Positions 13,469 through 27,678 of a stretch of 64,000 bases of DNA are shown here, piece by piece. The position numbers and the translations under genes were made by a program. Each line of letters starts with the position of its first letter. Position 1 is the stretch's first letter. Source of the stretch: the human T2T-CHM13v2.0 reference genome, Homo sapiens; NCBI RefSeq assembly GCF_009914755.1, contig NC_060935.1, one strand, 5' to 3'. The notes under the pieces are model-generated. The model worked only from the letters and a program-made list of their open reading frames with translations. It did not search any database and was not told the origin of the DNA.

Positions 13469-13986
13469 AAAAATAGCATATGACTTTAGGCTCTGTGGAT
13501 CTGAACATTTCTAAACAGCTCTCAGAACTCCAAGTTCACTGAGCTACAGGCTGGAGGTTGGATTTTCCTCACTCATTTCCACAGACCTCTCAGCATGCAT
13601 TATCCCAACAGCACAGTCAGGATCTTGCCAACTGCCTTTAGTACTTTGAGGAAGAATCCCCTGAAGCTTCCTTTATCCATATTTTATGAGTGTTCTTACT
13701 TCTTAGTATGCAGATCTTCAAACACATACATAGACACTACTGCATGGGACCTTCATGTCCCCAAATGCAGAAGATCCTCTACATTGTTCAATAGAGAAAC
13801 TGAGTACATGAAGGTTAAGGGGCTTGTTCAAGGTCATGTTTCTCTAGAGATCTGTCCAGGAACTACCTAGGGTAGAACTGAATGAACGCAGTGATGCCAA
13901 ACCCGATCACCCTGTTCTTGTTCCTTCTACTACCCCACTCAGCCTATTCAGGCATATTCAGCTCCCTTCTCTTCCCTGTATTCATT

Positions 13987-14095
<109 letters not shown>

Positions 14096-14428
14096 TTATT
14101 TTTGCCAAAGTTCCATAAAGGAACCAAGAGTAAACATGTCTTCCAAGCTCCACTGGGAGTATATGAACTTGAGTTTATAGGTCCAGAGCTGCAGGTGTAC
14201 CATCTTTACATGACCCACAGTTCCAGAAAACCTCTCCCTCCTAGTACTGTAGTCCTTTTAGAAACGGAAACTGACATTTACACCCAGTCGGGTCCCTTCT
14301 TTGCTGCCTCTTTTTGGGGTGAAGCACCAGCAACTGCCATTAGCTCCCTCAAACACCTAATGGGCTCAAAGATAGAGGAGCCCATCTCTCTTCCTAAATC
14401 CTTGCCTTTCGTGCACATGTATTGGCAT

Positions 14429-14459
<31 letters not shown>

Positions 14460-14494
14460 GGAGAGAGAGAGAGACAGACACACAGAGAGAGAGA
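14429..14494. repeat. (CA)14 followed by imperfect (GA)n
   Basis: Read directly from sequence. Confidence 0.95.
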
Positions 14495-14915
14495 TCCAAA
14501 CGTATCCTTTGGCTCGGATCTTTATCTTTTCCTCCTCTGTTTTTTTTTTTTAGTTCGTTTTCTATGGAAACAAGCCCACTTAAATCCCTCACTTATGCAA
14601 ATAAAAGCAAAATGATCTTCATAAACCTCCCATTGGAGCGATACCGCGGTAGCCCAGGCTCCTGACTTAAATTTATGTCTGATTCACACAGCACACGTCC
14701 TTGCAGGGTGACTTTTCTAAACTTGCAGGACCTCGTAGCGTTCCTGGCTCTACCAGCCCTCCACCTGCCCACCACTTGCCCTCCTGGGTCTTTTTAGCCC
14801 CAGCTCCCGCCCCTTGCTTGATTGCTCTCCATCCCTGCACTGGGGGAGGGGCTCCAGCGGTATCCTATATCCGTGGTAACTATAGCCAAGAGAAAGAAAA
14901 AGGCGCTGTGCTTAC

Positions 14916-15123
14916 CAGGTGCGCGCCCTGAGCCTTGCGCCCCCAGGCAGCCGCTCCTCGAGGGCTTCCTGCGCTCTCGTAGCGGCCTTGGCTGCAGCTG
15001 GAGCGCTAGTGTCGGCGATGGAGGCAGCGGTGACAGCAGGCAGAACGGCTGCGGGGCCCGCGGCGGTGGCGCTCGCTCTCTCGCGCCAGCGCCGGGAGCA
15101 CGTGCCGCGCTCGGGCAGACGCA
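14916..15123 (-). other. GRM5: Non-coding alternative first exon (upstream, exon IA-like) of GRM5
   Basis: Core of the CpG island; donor CTG|GTAAGC (GT at 14915-14914); TATAAG ~30 nt upstream of the inferred start; no ATG. Lies 2.3 kb from the other exon, as recalled for the GRM5 alternative promoters. Confidence 0.78.
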
Positions 15124-15147
15124 GCTGGAAGCGCAGCGCAGGGCTGG

Positions 15148-15153
15148 CTTATA
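15148..15153 (-). promoter_or_regulatory. TATA-like box (TATAAG) of upstream promoter
   Basis: + strand CTTATA isolated in GC-rich sequence, just upstream of the exon. Confidence 0.65.
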
Positions 15154-17049
15154 CTCCCGCAGCGCGCGGCGGGGGTTGGCAGAACGGCCAGGGCATAGAC
15201 TCAGTGGGTGAATAAGGGTCTTAAAGCCTCGTCGTTTCGGGGTTCAGGCGAGGGTAGCCTTGGTCTCTCTCTCCTGCTCCTCACGTTCCCTCTGGGAGCC
15301 ATGGGAGGAGGAAAGCTGTGCGGAGGAGGCGTGGGTGGTGTGTCACTCAGAGAGAAGCTGGGGGAGCAGGTAGATAATAAGGTTCTTTTTGACTATGGCA
15401 CTGAAACCCCTGACAATGATTGGGAGAAGGGGCGTCACTGCTGGAGGGTACAGAAAGCTAGGAAGTCAGGGAAGCCCGAGATGATTCAGAGGTGTGACTG
15501 GTTAGAAAGAACGGCCTCTAATGATGTTACTTATTAATAATACCATTTTGCATTTTCTGCACTTCTTACAAACGATTCTTCCTACATCCGTTAAAATTTA
15601 TTCTTCGTTGGCAGTTGAATGTCTTTACTTTCTCAAATGACTTTGCTTCCCTTCCTTCACCACCCCCATAACTGCCCAGGATTGTCAGCTATGCTGAGGT
15701 TATCTTTAAGTACAAAAGCAGACTTCATTTCTGCCTCTGAAAAGGCGATTGGTATAAATTACTTGCATAGCTTAATTTAAAGAAAAGAAAGACATTGCAG
15801 TAATATGATTATTATTCCCATTGTATTTCCCTAGCTGAATTTTGGGAACCAGGTGCTTGCAGCAGCTGGGTCAAAGATTAAAAGATGAGTGCACTACAGA
15901 CAAGGGGATTGATGCTGGTGCATTCATTACTAATGCTCATTAGATTTTCCACTAGACCCTTGTCAATAAGGTAAGTTTTTGTTTGATAGCTTCAGGATTT
16001 AACAACAAGAAAAAGAGATGTATCTACCACACCTTGTTGGGTTTTACAATGGCATCTTTCTTCTTGCATTTTCACGTCTACTGATGGGATCATTGTTACT
16101 TTTTGTATTTCTTTGACTGCAATTCACAAAACAAGTTTTAGTACTTTGGAGAGAGGCCAGGAAAGCTGTGAGTGAGCTTCCTTAATTAAAAAAGAAAGAA
16201 AGAAAGATGGCATAGATGAGAAAATAGAAAGATGGCATAGGTGAGAAAATACATAAAATAGTGAGTTCGCAAGAAAATGGAGGGTGACATGACTAGATGA
16301 CTCTGGTGATGTGATTAAGTCTGATGAATACAGTGATTTGTTTATCCAATTTTCTGAAGCGTTAACAATAAAGATAAGGTCAAATTTGGGTTTTTGTATG
16401 AGACATTTAGCTTTGAGTGAGCATAGGGCACTCCAAGCTCCCAGTTTTTCTCCAACAGTTGGAGCTGGATCAAAATACATTAGTGAATGGGAAAGGAGGA
16501 GATATCATGTTGGCCACTCAGTCACTTAAACTTTTCAATTTCCTACACAAATTTCCTTCTCTCCTGTCTTCCAGTGTGATGATGAGAGTGGGATGACATA
16601 AGACATGTCAAAGCATGTCAAAAAAAATGACAAAGCACTCCACAAATGTAATACCTACTTACCAATAAATATTGACTTCCTATGCTCTAAAGGCTAAAAT
16701 GTGAAGGACATTCTCCATGTTGAACAATAGTAAAATTTTCAGATGAGAAGGAAAATGTGATTATATAATCTTAAAATTGCTCAGTGACATTTTAAAATAT
16801 AGCTTCATCTCACAATTGTAAAGTGCTGAATTAGGCAAAATTAAAATTAAAAGGAATATAGAAACAATGTTTTACATTCCAATAGTAAGTTCTGATTATA
16901 AATTGCTCAAGGGTATAAATTTTGCCTTAGGATGATCTATTAATGAACAAAATATTTTAATTCTTATGTAGAACAGTAGAAAAAAAGAATGGAAAACACG
17001 GTCATTCTCAGAATTGATCAAGCTTAAAACTCGAAATCTCCATTTATTT

Positions 17050-17320
17050 CTGTCCTTTCTTATATGTGAGAATTTGTCATGAAATCCTGTTAGCTCTGCC
17101 TTTAAAATATATCCTAGAATCTTACCACTTCTAACCACCTTCAAAGAGAACCTGTTGAATCCATCAACTATCATCTTTTACCTGCCTTACAGGAATAAAT
17201 TCCAAACTAGTACAGGCTACATTCAGCACAGCATCCAGAGTGATCTTTTAAAGAATTTATCTTAAATCGAATCTCTCCAGTAACTTCTGATTTCACTGAG
17301 TAAAAGCCTAAGTCCTCTCA
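17050..17320 (+). mobile_element. L2 fragment
   Basis: AAATCCTGTTAGCTCTGCCTTTAAAATATATCC...CAGAGTGATCTTT. Confidence 0.6.
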
Positions 17321-17824
17321 ATAAATATTTAGAATATTTAAATGAATATTTATGAAAATAGAGGTATACCTGTTATATGCTGCCCTTCATTGTACAAGTT
17401 GGCAACACTGATGGTAAATCATGTGAATGTTTGCAGGAGGTCTGAAAGACTACTGAGTGACAGCACCTTTTCCGAATATGGGCACACTTACCCACTTCTT
17501 AAATTGTGTTTTTGCATTTGTGATTCTCAGACTTAGCTAGCTCATGTTCTAGACTTCAAGGGGGTTATACAAATTCTAAATGTTTTGCAAGTATGTGGTT
17601 ATCTGAGCTTATTAAATAAAAGGTTATAAGTGGCTTAAAAATTTTTGAATGTTTTTATCAATTTAATGAACACTCATTAAACATTTATTATTGCTATTAT
17701 TTTTTGCCAGTTACTGTACAAAACACTATAATAGAATGATACACAAAATATTAACATATACTTACTTGGCCTTAGAAAACTTAAAGTTATTACATACATG
17801 TGTGTGAGTGCATATGTGTTTAAA

Positions 17825-18320
17825 TTTATTCATTCATACCATTTATTAAATATTTATTAAACTATCATGTACCAGGAATGGCTGGGTGTTGGAGATAAAA
17901 TGATGGATGAAATAGAATTCGTCTCCTGTCCTGTGAGGCTTAAAGTAAGGAACACGTGAATAAACTAACTGATGTGTCACAATTTATGGGAAATACAATG
18001 AAGAACAAGGTACAGTTATAAAGAATAGCAGGGCATGAGGAGGGGGCCTGGTATCTTGTTTTAATTGGACATTAAAAATAATTCTAAGACAAATATTAAA
18101 TCAAGACCTAAAAAAGTGTATTATTATGCAAAAAATGTGACATGTGTCTATGTTTCTGTTTGAGTTAAGAGATGTGATCAACAAGGGGTGGCTGATCAAA
18201 GAGTGGGAAGAAAATTAAGGGGGTTTACAGGCAGAGGGAACAATATGTGGAAACTCTGAGGCAGAACAACATTTGCTGTGCTTTAGAAACTGAAAAGACA
18301 TCGGGGTAGATGAAGTAGAG
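17825..18320 (-). mobile_element. L2 3' fragment
   Basis: TTCATTCAT...AAATATTTATT antisense tail and body motifs. Confidence 0.55.
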
Positions 18321-20574
18321 CTTGACAAACCTTAACTATAGCTCAGCTTGTTCAACTCCCAAATGAAGGTAATTTTATCTAATTTTATTTACTAAATTTA
18401 ATCTGCAAACTTTCTAGACGTGAATGAGTCAATTATATATGTTATTAAGAATGGAAAAAGAAAGCCATGCAGAAAAAGGAAATGACAAATACTCCTATCA
18501 CATTGACTAAAGTGGTTTACCAGAAAATATTTAGTTATATCATTATCTAATATAAGAAATTTAGTCTGTTCATAGAAAGAATTTTATTATTGCTGCTGTT
18601 ACTAAATGCTAGTACTATTATATAGACCCTTATATACATGGTCCCTAAAAACTCAATGTCTTCAACAGGGATTTTATAGCAAAAATAGGAACCTTGTTTA
18701 TATTACGCACTCTTATATAAAGCTTCAATTTAAGATCTAGACAAACCATGGAAATTTAATGCAAAGAAGCTGTTATTTATGAATCTATGTTTATTCATCT
18801 CTCTATTCTTCAGGGAGGACAGACCTATAAATATAGCCCTGTGAATTAATTTTTGTTATGATACTTGGTAAAAAATACAGTAAGAAATGTATTTAGTCTT
18901 TTAGTGCTTTTGAACTACAACTCCTTTAGACAGTGTTTTCCAAGATGAAGTCCTCTGTCCAAGCAGACTCTTGACACATGTATGGCAAACACAGAGATAT
19001 TCATCTTCACTCTGGGTGCACAAAATATAGTGTGTGTGTGTGTGTATGTGTAACTGTCTCATCACAAGGGGCAAAGGACTTCCTTTATATCCCAGGTGAA
19101 GACACAGAGCCCTTATCCAAGGGTGAGGCAGAATGTCCACTGGATTTCAGTCCTAACTGATTGCATTTGGAAACTGAATTTTGGCTGTTTCTTGAGTAGG
19201 GGACTTGGAAAAGCTGCTGAACCTTGGAACCTCCTTTCCTTATCTGGAAATGGGAAAATCAAAAAGGTGATGTAAAAAATACTTAACTTTCTTTGTTATA
19301 CATAAAGTCACTCTGGAAATCAAAAGTGCTATAAAGTCTCAGCAAATCGTGGTCCTTCTTTCCCTCACATTTCCTCACAATATGGCTCTCTTTGTTCCAG
19401 TACAATGTGATGTATAGGCAAGAATTTGAATAACGGTGTTGGATTACTAGGAAGGGTCATGTATAACAAAAGAAAATCCTTTTCTAAATTCTGTTTTTAT
19501 GTTGACAGGAAATTTCTTGTTTTGTGTTTTCTGTAAAATGTGAATAATAGTACCTATGTAGAGGTTGCTAAGATAAATAATAATAGATGTGAAGCAATTG
19601 TACAGTCCTTGAAATGTGGCAGGTACAGGGTATTTGGTGGTGATGATGATGATGATGGGAATGAGGATAGGTTTACTTTAATTTCCAGTTATTTACATCC
19701 CACATTAGCATGACCAAGACACTAAACATAGCCTGGGACATAAAGTCCACTTTTTAAGATACTTGGAAATTTGAAAACTACTTTCTAGTCTAGTAGAGCT
19801 CATCTCTTTGTAAATATATTTAAATTATAAGACCAGGTCTTGTAGTAATTCTTCATCAATACTTTTGGAAAAGATAGTAAAATTTTTCACTTACAATAAA
19901 AAATAGGTTAAGTAAAATGGCAGCAGTATTCTGAACTGCGTGTAAATGACCAAGGGTATACAGAAGTTTTTGTCATTCCAAACAGAACCTCAGACTCATT
20001 GCTTAATAGAATTGCTGGGAATGTTTCACTATATATATAAGAGACAATTATGCTCTTAATGGCTTAGATATAGCTGTTGCAACTATTTATAATACATTTA
20101 GTCTTGAGGACTCTAAGCCACCTGAAATCTAACATTATGTTTAACACACTATAACTCTAGTGACTTGGGAAATTTATGTTGTTTTTCAGTGTTACATTTC
20201 CTAGAAGCAATTCATTGAGCTAAAGCCAGTAATTATTTTAAATTATGTAGTAAGCAATGAAAGCCAGAATTTTGAAAATTGATGAGGTGAGAGCTTATTT
20301 ATATTACTAAATATTTGCTTTTTATACCTCTTTAAGATTAAGTAAGAATGTTGAGCTGGGCTAGACACACAGATCTATCAGAAACGTTGATGGATAGACC
20401 AAGAGCCCATGTGCTTGTTGAAGCAGTAAATCATTCAGTTCTCTTTCTCAGTGTTTTTATCTGTAAAATGGGAAAAAATGCTAGTTCTGTAACTTATCTT
20501 ATTAACTTATTGTGAAGACTAAATTAGTTCCACTTGCAAAGTGCAGAGCTTGGTACATGGTGAGCATTTAACAC

Positions 20575-20822
20575 ACTGTAGCACATGAGTAAAAGCATGA
20601 TCTCTGAAGCCAATCTGCATGGATTTGACACTTGGCTGTGTTGCTTACTAGTTGTGTCTTGACTGTTTAAGCTTTCTGTACCTTAGTTTATTTATTTATA
20701 AGTAGAGAGAAAGATTAGTGACAACTACTTCATAAAGCCATTGTTAGTATTAACTGTTAACTCCTGCTAAGCCATCAGAACAGTGCCTTGCTAATAGTAA
20801 TCATACAATGTTAGTTATTATT
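20575..20822 (+). mobile_element. MIR
   Basis: TCTCTGAAGCCA...CTTACTAGTTGTGT...AGAACAGTGCCT...ATGTTAGTTATTATT. Confidence 0.65.
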
Positions 20823-21445
20823 AGCTTATAATAATTTAGTAAGCACTTTAGATCCAGGCATCATTCAACTTAAATGAGTCCTATAATCAAATTGAACCTG
20901 ATAATTCAAGTCCCAGGAACTAGGAAACACTGGGCTTTCTAAACCTTATATTGGAATGAATATCTTCAGAATATTCAGAAAGAGTAGAAGTTCTCACTAA
21001 TCTCTAATTCCCCTTTTTCCCTTTTATCATGACTCTTTATTGTTTTGAAAGACATTTAATATTAATCTCCTTTTTTTCCCTCTAATGAATGCATGTTTAC
21101 CCTTCAAGATTAACTCCAGTGAAACACTGCCTGCCCAACTCCCTTGAAAGACTGGACACCATGTCTTTCAGCTACCATAAAACTTTGCTAAAAAGCCCTA
21201 GCGTATCATATGATATGGCGATTATTCATTAGGTTCCTGCCTCATCAGGTTGCCTTATATAATGCAAACTCTTCTTAGGCATTTTATTTTATGCATTCTC
21301 TGTACTGGCTATTGTGTCTAGCATGTAGTGGTTACCAAACACACTTCTAACAAACAAATTAATGTGTTCTAGCAATTAATCCAGATTTTCGCAAGCTAGA
21401 TTCTAAAGTAGCATAAAGTAATTCAGATACATAGACTTTTTAGTG

Positions 21446-21592
21446 CAGGGATTCTGAACTTTGGCTACATGTTAGAATCACGTGGGAGATCTTTTAAACC
21501 CACTGACTTACTTGATATCAGGTGAGGCCTCAAGGAATGTTTAAAGAGTTTCACAGATGGTGCTAATGTACTGCCAAGATTCAGAACCACTC
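21446..21592. mobile_element. MER5A-like (hAT-Charlie)
   Basis: CAGGGATTCTGAACTTTGGCTACATGTTAGAATCAC...TCAGAACCACT. Confidence 0.65.
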
Positions 21593-21912
21593 TTCAGTCT
21601 TTTTTACATCCTTTGTGTTTATTTTAAATTAATTTGGTACAAATGACATAGATATGAGTGTAGTTGCCATTTTATCAAGTAAAGCACAATTTGTCAACAT
21701 GAGAATAAATGAGCTTCTATATGATTAATGCCCTGTTTACCCCTTCTGAGAATGAGAATTTTTTTTCCAATGGATACCCCCATTTCAGATTTGTAAAAAT
21801 TTTAAGGCATACTTTATGTCAAAAATAGACATATCTCTCAAATATTCTTCGTATCAACTATGGGAAGTAACTGATGAGACCCAAAGAGGTGAAGTTGTTA
21901 GCACTTACCATA

Positions 21913-22201
21913 TTTTTTTTAAGAGGCAGTTTCTTGTTCTGTTGCTTAGGCTATGCAGTGGCAATCACAGCTTACTGTAACTTCGAACTCCTGGGATTAA
22001 GAAATCCTCCTGTCTCAGCCTCTCCAGTAGCTAGGACTACATATGTGAATCCCCACACCTGGCTAATTTTATTTATTTTTTTGTAGCAATGGTGTCTTGC
22101 TATGTTGCCCACGCTGTTCTTGAACGCTTGGCCTCAAGTGATTCTCCTACCACAGCCTCCCAAAATGCTGAGATTACAGATATGAGGCACCACACCCTGC
22201 C
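21913..22201 (-). mobile_element. AluJ
   Basis: Diverged antisense Alu with J features (GTCTTGCTATGTTGCCCA, AGCTAGGACTAC). Confidence 0.85.
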
Positions 22202-23804
22202 TAGCATACAATTTTAAAATAGCAACTCCAATATGTAAAATCATATCCTAGAACCCCAAACTTGTGCTATTTCCAGTTATCTTATGCTGCATCCTAACTC
22301 TGTAAACACTCTTTCCCATTGACTCTTAAACTGTGTAAATCTTGAATATTGACATACTTAATTCACATGTACCAGAATAAAATATTTTTGTTATAAAATC
22401 TCAAGTAGACATTACAGCATTTCTAGAAAAATTTTTAAAAGAAAAGTCATATTAGCAATTCATTATATAAAAATATATTGGGAATTAAAATGTTCAAAAT
22501 ATTACAAGATAATTTATTCAATATTTTATGTGAAAACAAATAGGATGACAAATATTTATTGTCCAGTAAATTCAAACTTAAGTGAATATTTTTCGCATTT
22601 TGTTTTCAACTGTTAATATATATTTGTACTTCTGTGCATCCATGTACTTCTTAAGTAAATATTAATTGAGCAGTTGTTATATGCTACACCCTGTGCTATG
22701 TATAGAGGTTACAAAGAGCAATAACCTCAAGGTTCTGAAAGTCTAGTTGCATATATGTTATACACAAAATCCTAGCTTTTGTTTTACTTGAAATTGTTTT
22801 CTAAATTATTTCCTATATTTGTAAATACAGTGGCTAATGATTATTTTCAACTACATATTTTTCGATTTTATTCATATATAAGGACATCCTCAAGCAAGTG
22901 TTAAAATTTAAAAAATTTACATTTAAGCTCATACCTATTTATGAGTTTACTCTGAACTACATAGAATATTTAAGCAATCCATTTTCCAATTATTGCTCAC
23001 ACTTCTATTTTTAATAGAATGTATTGCTTTCCCCACTTCTTAGTAATATTTTTAGTGTAGAAAAGCCAAGAGATTTGTAGGCTTATCTGTAGATCATAGA
23101 ACTCCGGAAGGGAATGTGGCTGGAACTCTCTACTAGCCAAGTCACCCTGTGAATTGAACTGAAAGTGCTTTATTTCTAAAGAATGACAATAACTAGGTTG
23201 CTATAAAAAACCTTTCTGAATGTGATTTTGAGAGAAGGTGTATATTATCTCATTTCTAGAGAAATGACTAGAGGCCTAGGTCAATTGACTGAGGTCAGTA
23301 ATGGTGGTAGCCCCCATCCATTATGGGGAGTTCTCTATTAGGGCTATTACCCCCTTGCTACCTCTAACATTAATTAGTCTGGCAAACAACCTCAAAGGAA
23401 AAATTAGAAGCAATATACCTGTCCTTTTCCCTGAATACTAATAGATGGCCTCCCTCCATCCTACATCCTCCAAAGACCAAGTGGTTAAATGTATTTTTGT
23501 TAATATAAACAAACAAACAAAAAAAACCTTTCTAACTTTTTTCTCTCATTAACACTGGTTTCTGCACATATCCAGAAGCTGACCACTGTTACTATGAATG
23601 GAAATCTTTAGACAATATTTCATAAGCATCTTCACTGTATGCAAACAGAGACAGAATACTATAATATTTTAGGTCAAGAAATACGAAATTTCAAAAATTA
23701 AATAAATAAAAATAAAAAAATAAGAAGTTGGAAAAATAAAAAAGGAAAGGCAAGAAAGTTTTCTGTCATCTCCTTTCTTTTTGCATGTCACATTGTCACT
23801 CAAA

Positions 23805-23990
23805 ACAATGAAGAACAATGGCAGGAAAAGAAGAAAGAGGAGAAAAAAACATTTAAATAGGAGATATGGAAGAAAGGGAGGGAGGGAGGAAGGGAGGGAG
23901 GGAGGAAGGAAAGAAGAAAAAAGAGAGAGTGTGAGAATAAAGTGTGGGAAGAAGACAGGAAGGAAGGTAAGAAGGAAGAAGAAGAGAAAA
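23805..23990 (+). repeat. Purine-rich low-complexity tract with (GGGA)n core
   Basis: GGGAGGGAGGGAGGAAGGGAGGGAGGG at 23876-23902 within a GA-rich run. Confidence 0.85.
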
Positions 23991-25263
23991 CAAATGCCAC
24001 AGAGAATTATGCAGAAACTTAAAAATCCAAGGGCTATGTAATCTAAAACCTCAGAATTTATAAAGAAGTTATCATCAAATGAGGATTAAAATTTATGTCA
24101 AATTTCCAAATTTAAGACTGAGAGTCTCAGCTCAAGACCTCTCTTCTGATCTCTTGATGTTCCATGGACTCATGTCTTGTTTCCATAGTGACCGTTTTCA
24201 TGAGCCTTTTAAATAAGAAAAATTGATTTTCTCTCAACACTTGTTTTCAGAATCTTTCCTCCATTCCTGAAGCAATCCAAAGAAAATTGTCTTTAACTTA
24301 AATACCTTTAAGTTAGGTATAAACTATCAATGGCTCATTAGAAGGAAGAGAAATGAACAAGAGGTATTGAGCACCATAAATTAAATATTTAGAGATATAT
24401 AGATAGAATAATATAGCCTTGTATTTATTCCTGAGTAAATGGTTATAAACTTAGATTTCCATCTTTCATGGAAACATGGACTCTGTAAACTAATCAAGAG
24501 CTAGCAAGAAAACAGAAACATATTTGGAGCATAAGTTTTGCTATTGGGGGATTAGTTAATAACCAATAACTGCTTTTGATTTTTATATGAAACAAAGTCT
24601 AAATATTACTCTCCTTCATTAAATAATCTGAAAAATACAATTCAGAAAGTTCCCTAGAAACCTTGGCCTATTCAACCAGAAACATGTGCTATCTAAATGT
24701 GAGCATTCAATTTTGTCAGATCCATAATTATTAGTTCAAAATTTTAACCTTATTATTTTTCTATTTGATCATTATATATCTTGTATCACAGTAATCAATT
24801 TCCAATTAGCAAAAGTAAATAATACATTGAATTAATATATAACAGTAAACACTAGTGGCTTCCTGATATAAGCTTAATAATCTCCACCTCACTCATATAT
24901 CTTGACAAATTCCCTTCCTTAAAGTATGAATCAGGTCGATTTTGTCCCAAAGTCCCACAAATTTCTATAATCACACAATTTCACAGTATATAGTCATTTA
25001 CTATTTATTTTAATGATTTCTTTTTATTTCTATGAACATATGGCCAATTTTATCTTTATGAAAGTTCATTTTTTTCTATCATGTCACCATCTCTGCTTAG
25101 AACATGTCTGCCACATTTTAGCCACTTAATAAATATTTACTGAATGAATACATGAATTGACATCCTTAAAGTTGCCTTTCATTTACTTCAATAACTCATT
25201 AATTCACAAGAAAAAAATTGAAATGAAGACCTATTCAGATTTATGGTTAAAAAAATTAACAGC

Positions 25264-27262
<1,999 letters not shown>

Positions 27263-27501
27263 CTTTTAGCTAACAGAAAAAAATTAGCAGCGCATTACAT
27301 GTATACATACATAATATATATATAAAATATATATGTATGTAGATATAGATATAAGAATATAACCCAGACTACAATACTTGATAAAAGGGTTGATTAATTT
27401 TTTTAAATTCTGATTGCTATGGACTAAATCATGTCCTTTATTATTAAGTGCTATTTAAAGATAAAATTATAGAATCTTCAGGCTATGATACATCTTTAAA
27501 G

Positions 27502-27678
27502 TAGAGTTTTCAGATAAAATACAGGAAGCTGTTAAATTTGAATTTCAGATTAACGAATTTTTTAAAGGATACATTCATAATGAAAATTGCATAACTCTGT
27601 GCCCCAAAGATTTCATGGGACATTCTTACACTAAAAATAAGGCTGTTTTACTGAAATTCAAATTTAACTGCGAGTCTT
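27502..27678. mobile_element. MER53 palindromic MITE
   Basis: CAGATAAAATACAGG...GTTAAATTTGAATTTCAG mirrored by CTGAAATTCAAATTTAAC. Confidence 0.75.

Larger units (their letters stand above)
14850..15300. promoter_or_regulatory. CpG island / upstream promoter
   Basis: Very high GC and CpG density against an AT-rich background; contains a TATA-like element, a CACGTG E-box and a first-exon donor. Confidence 0.9.
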
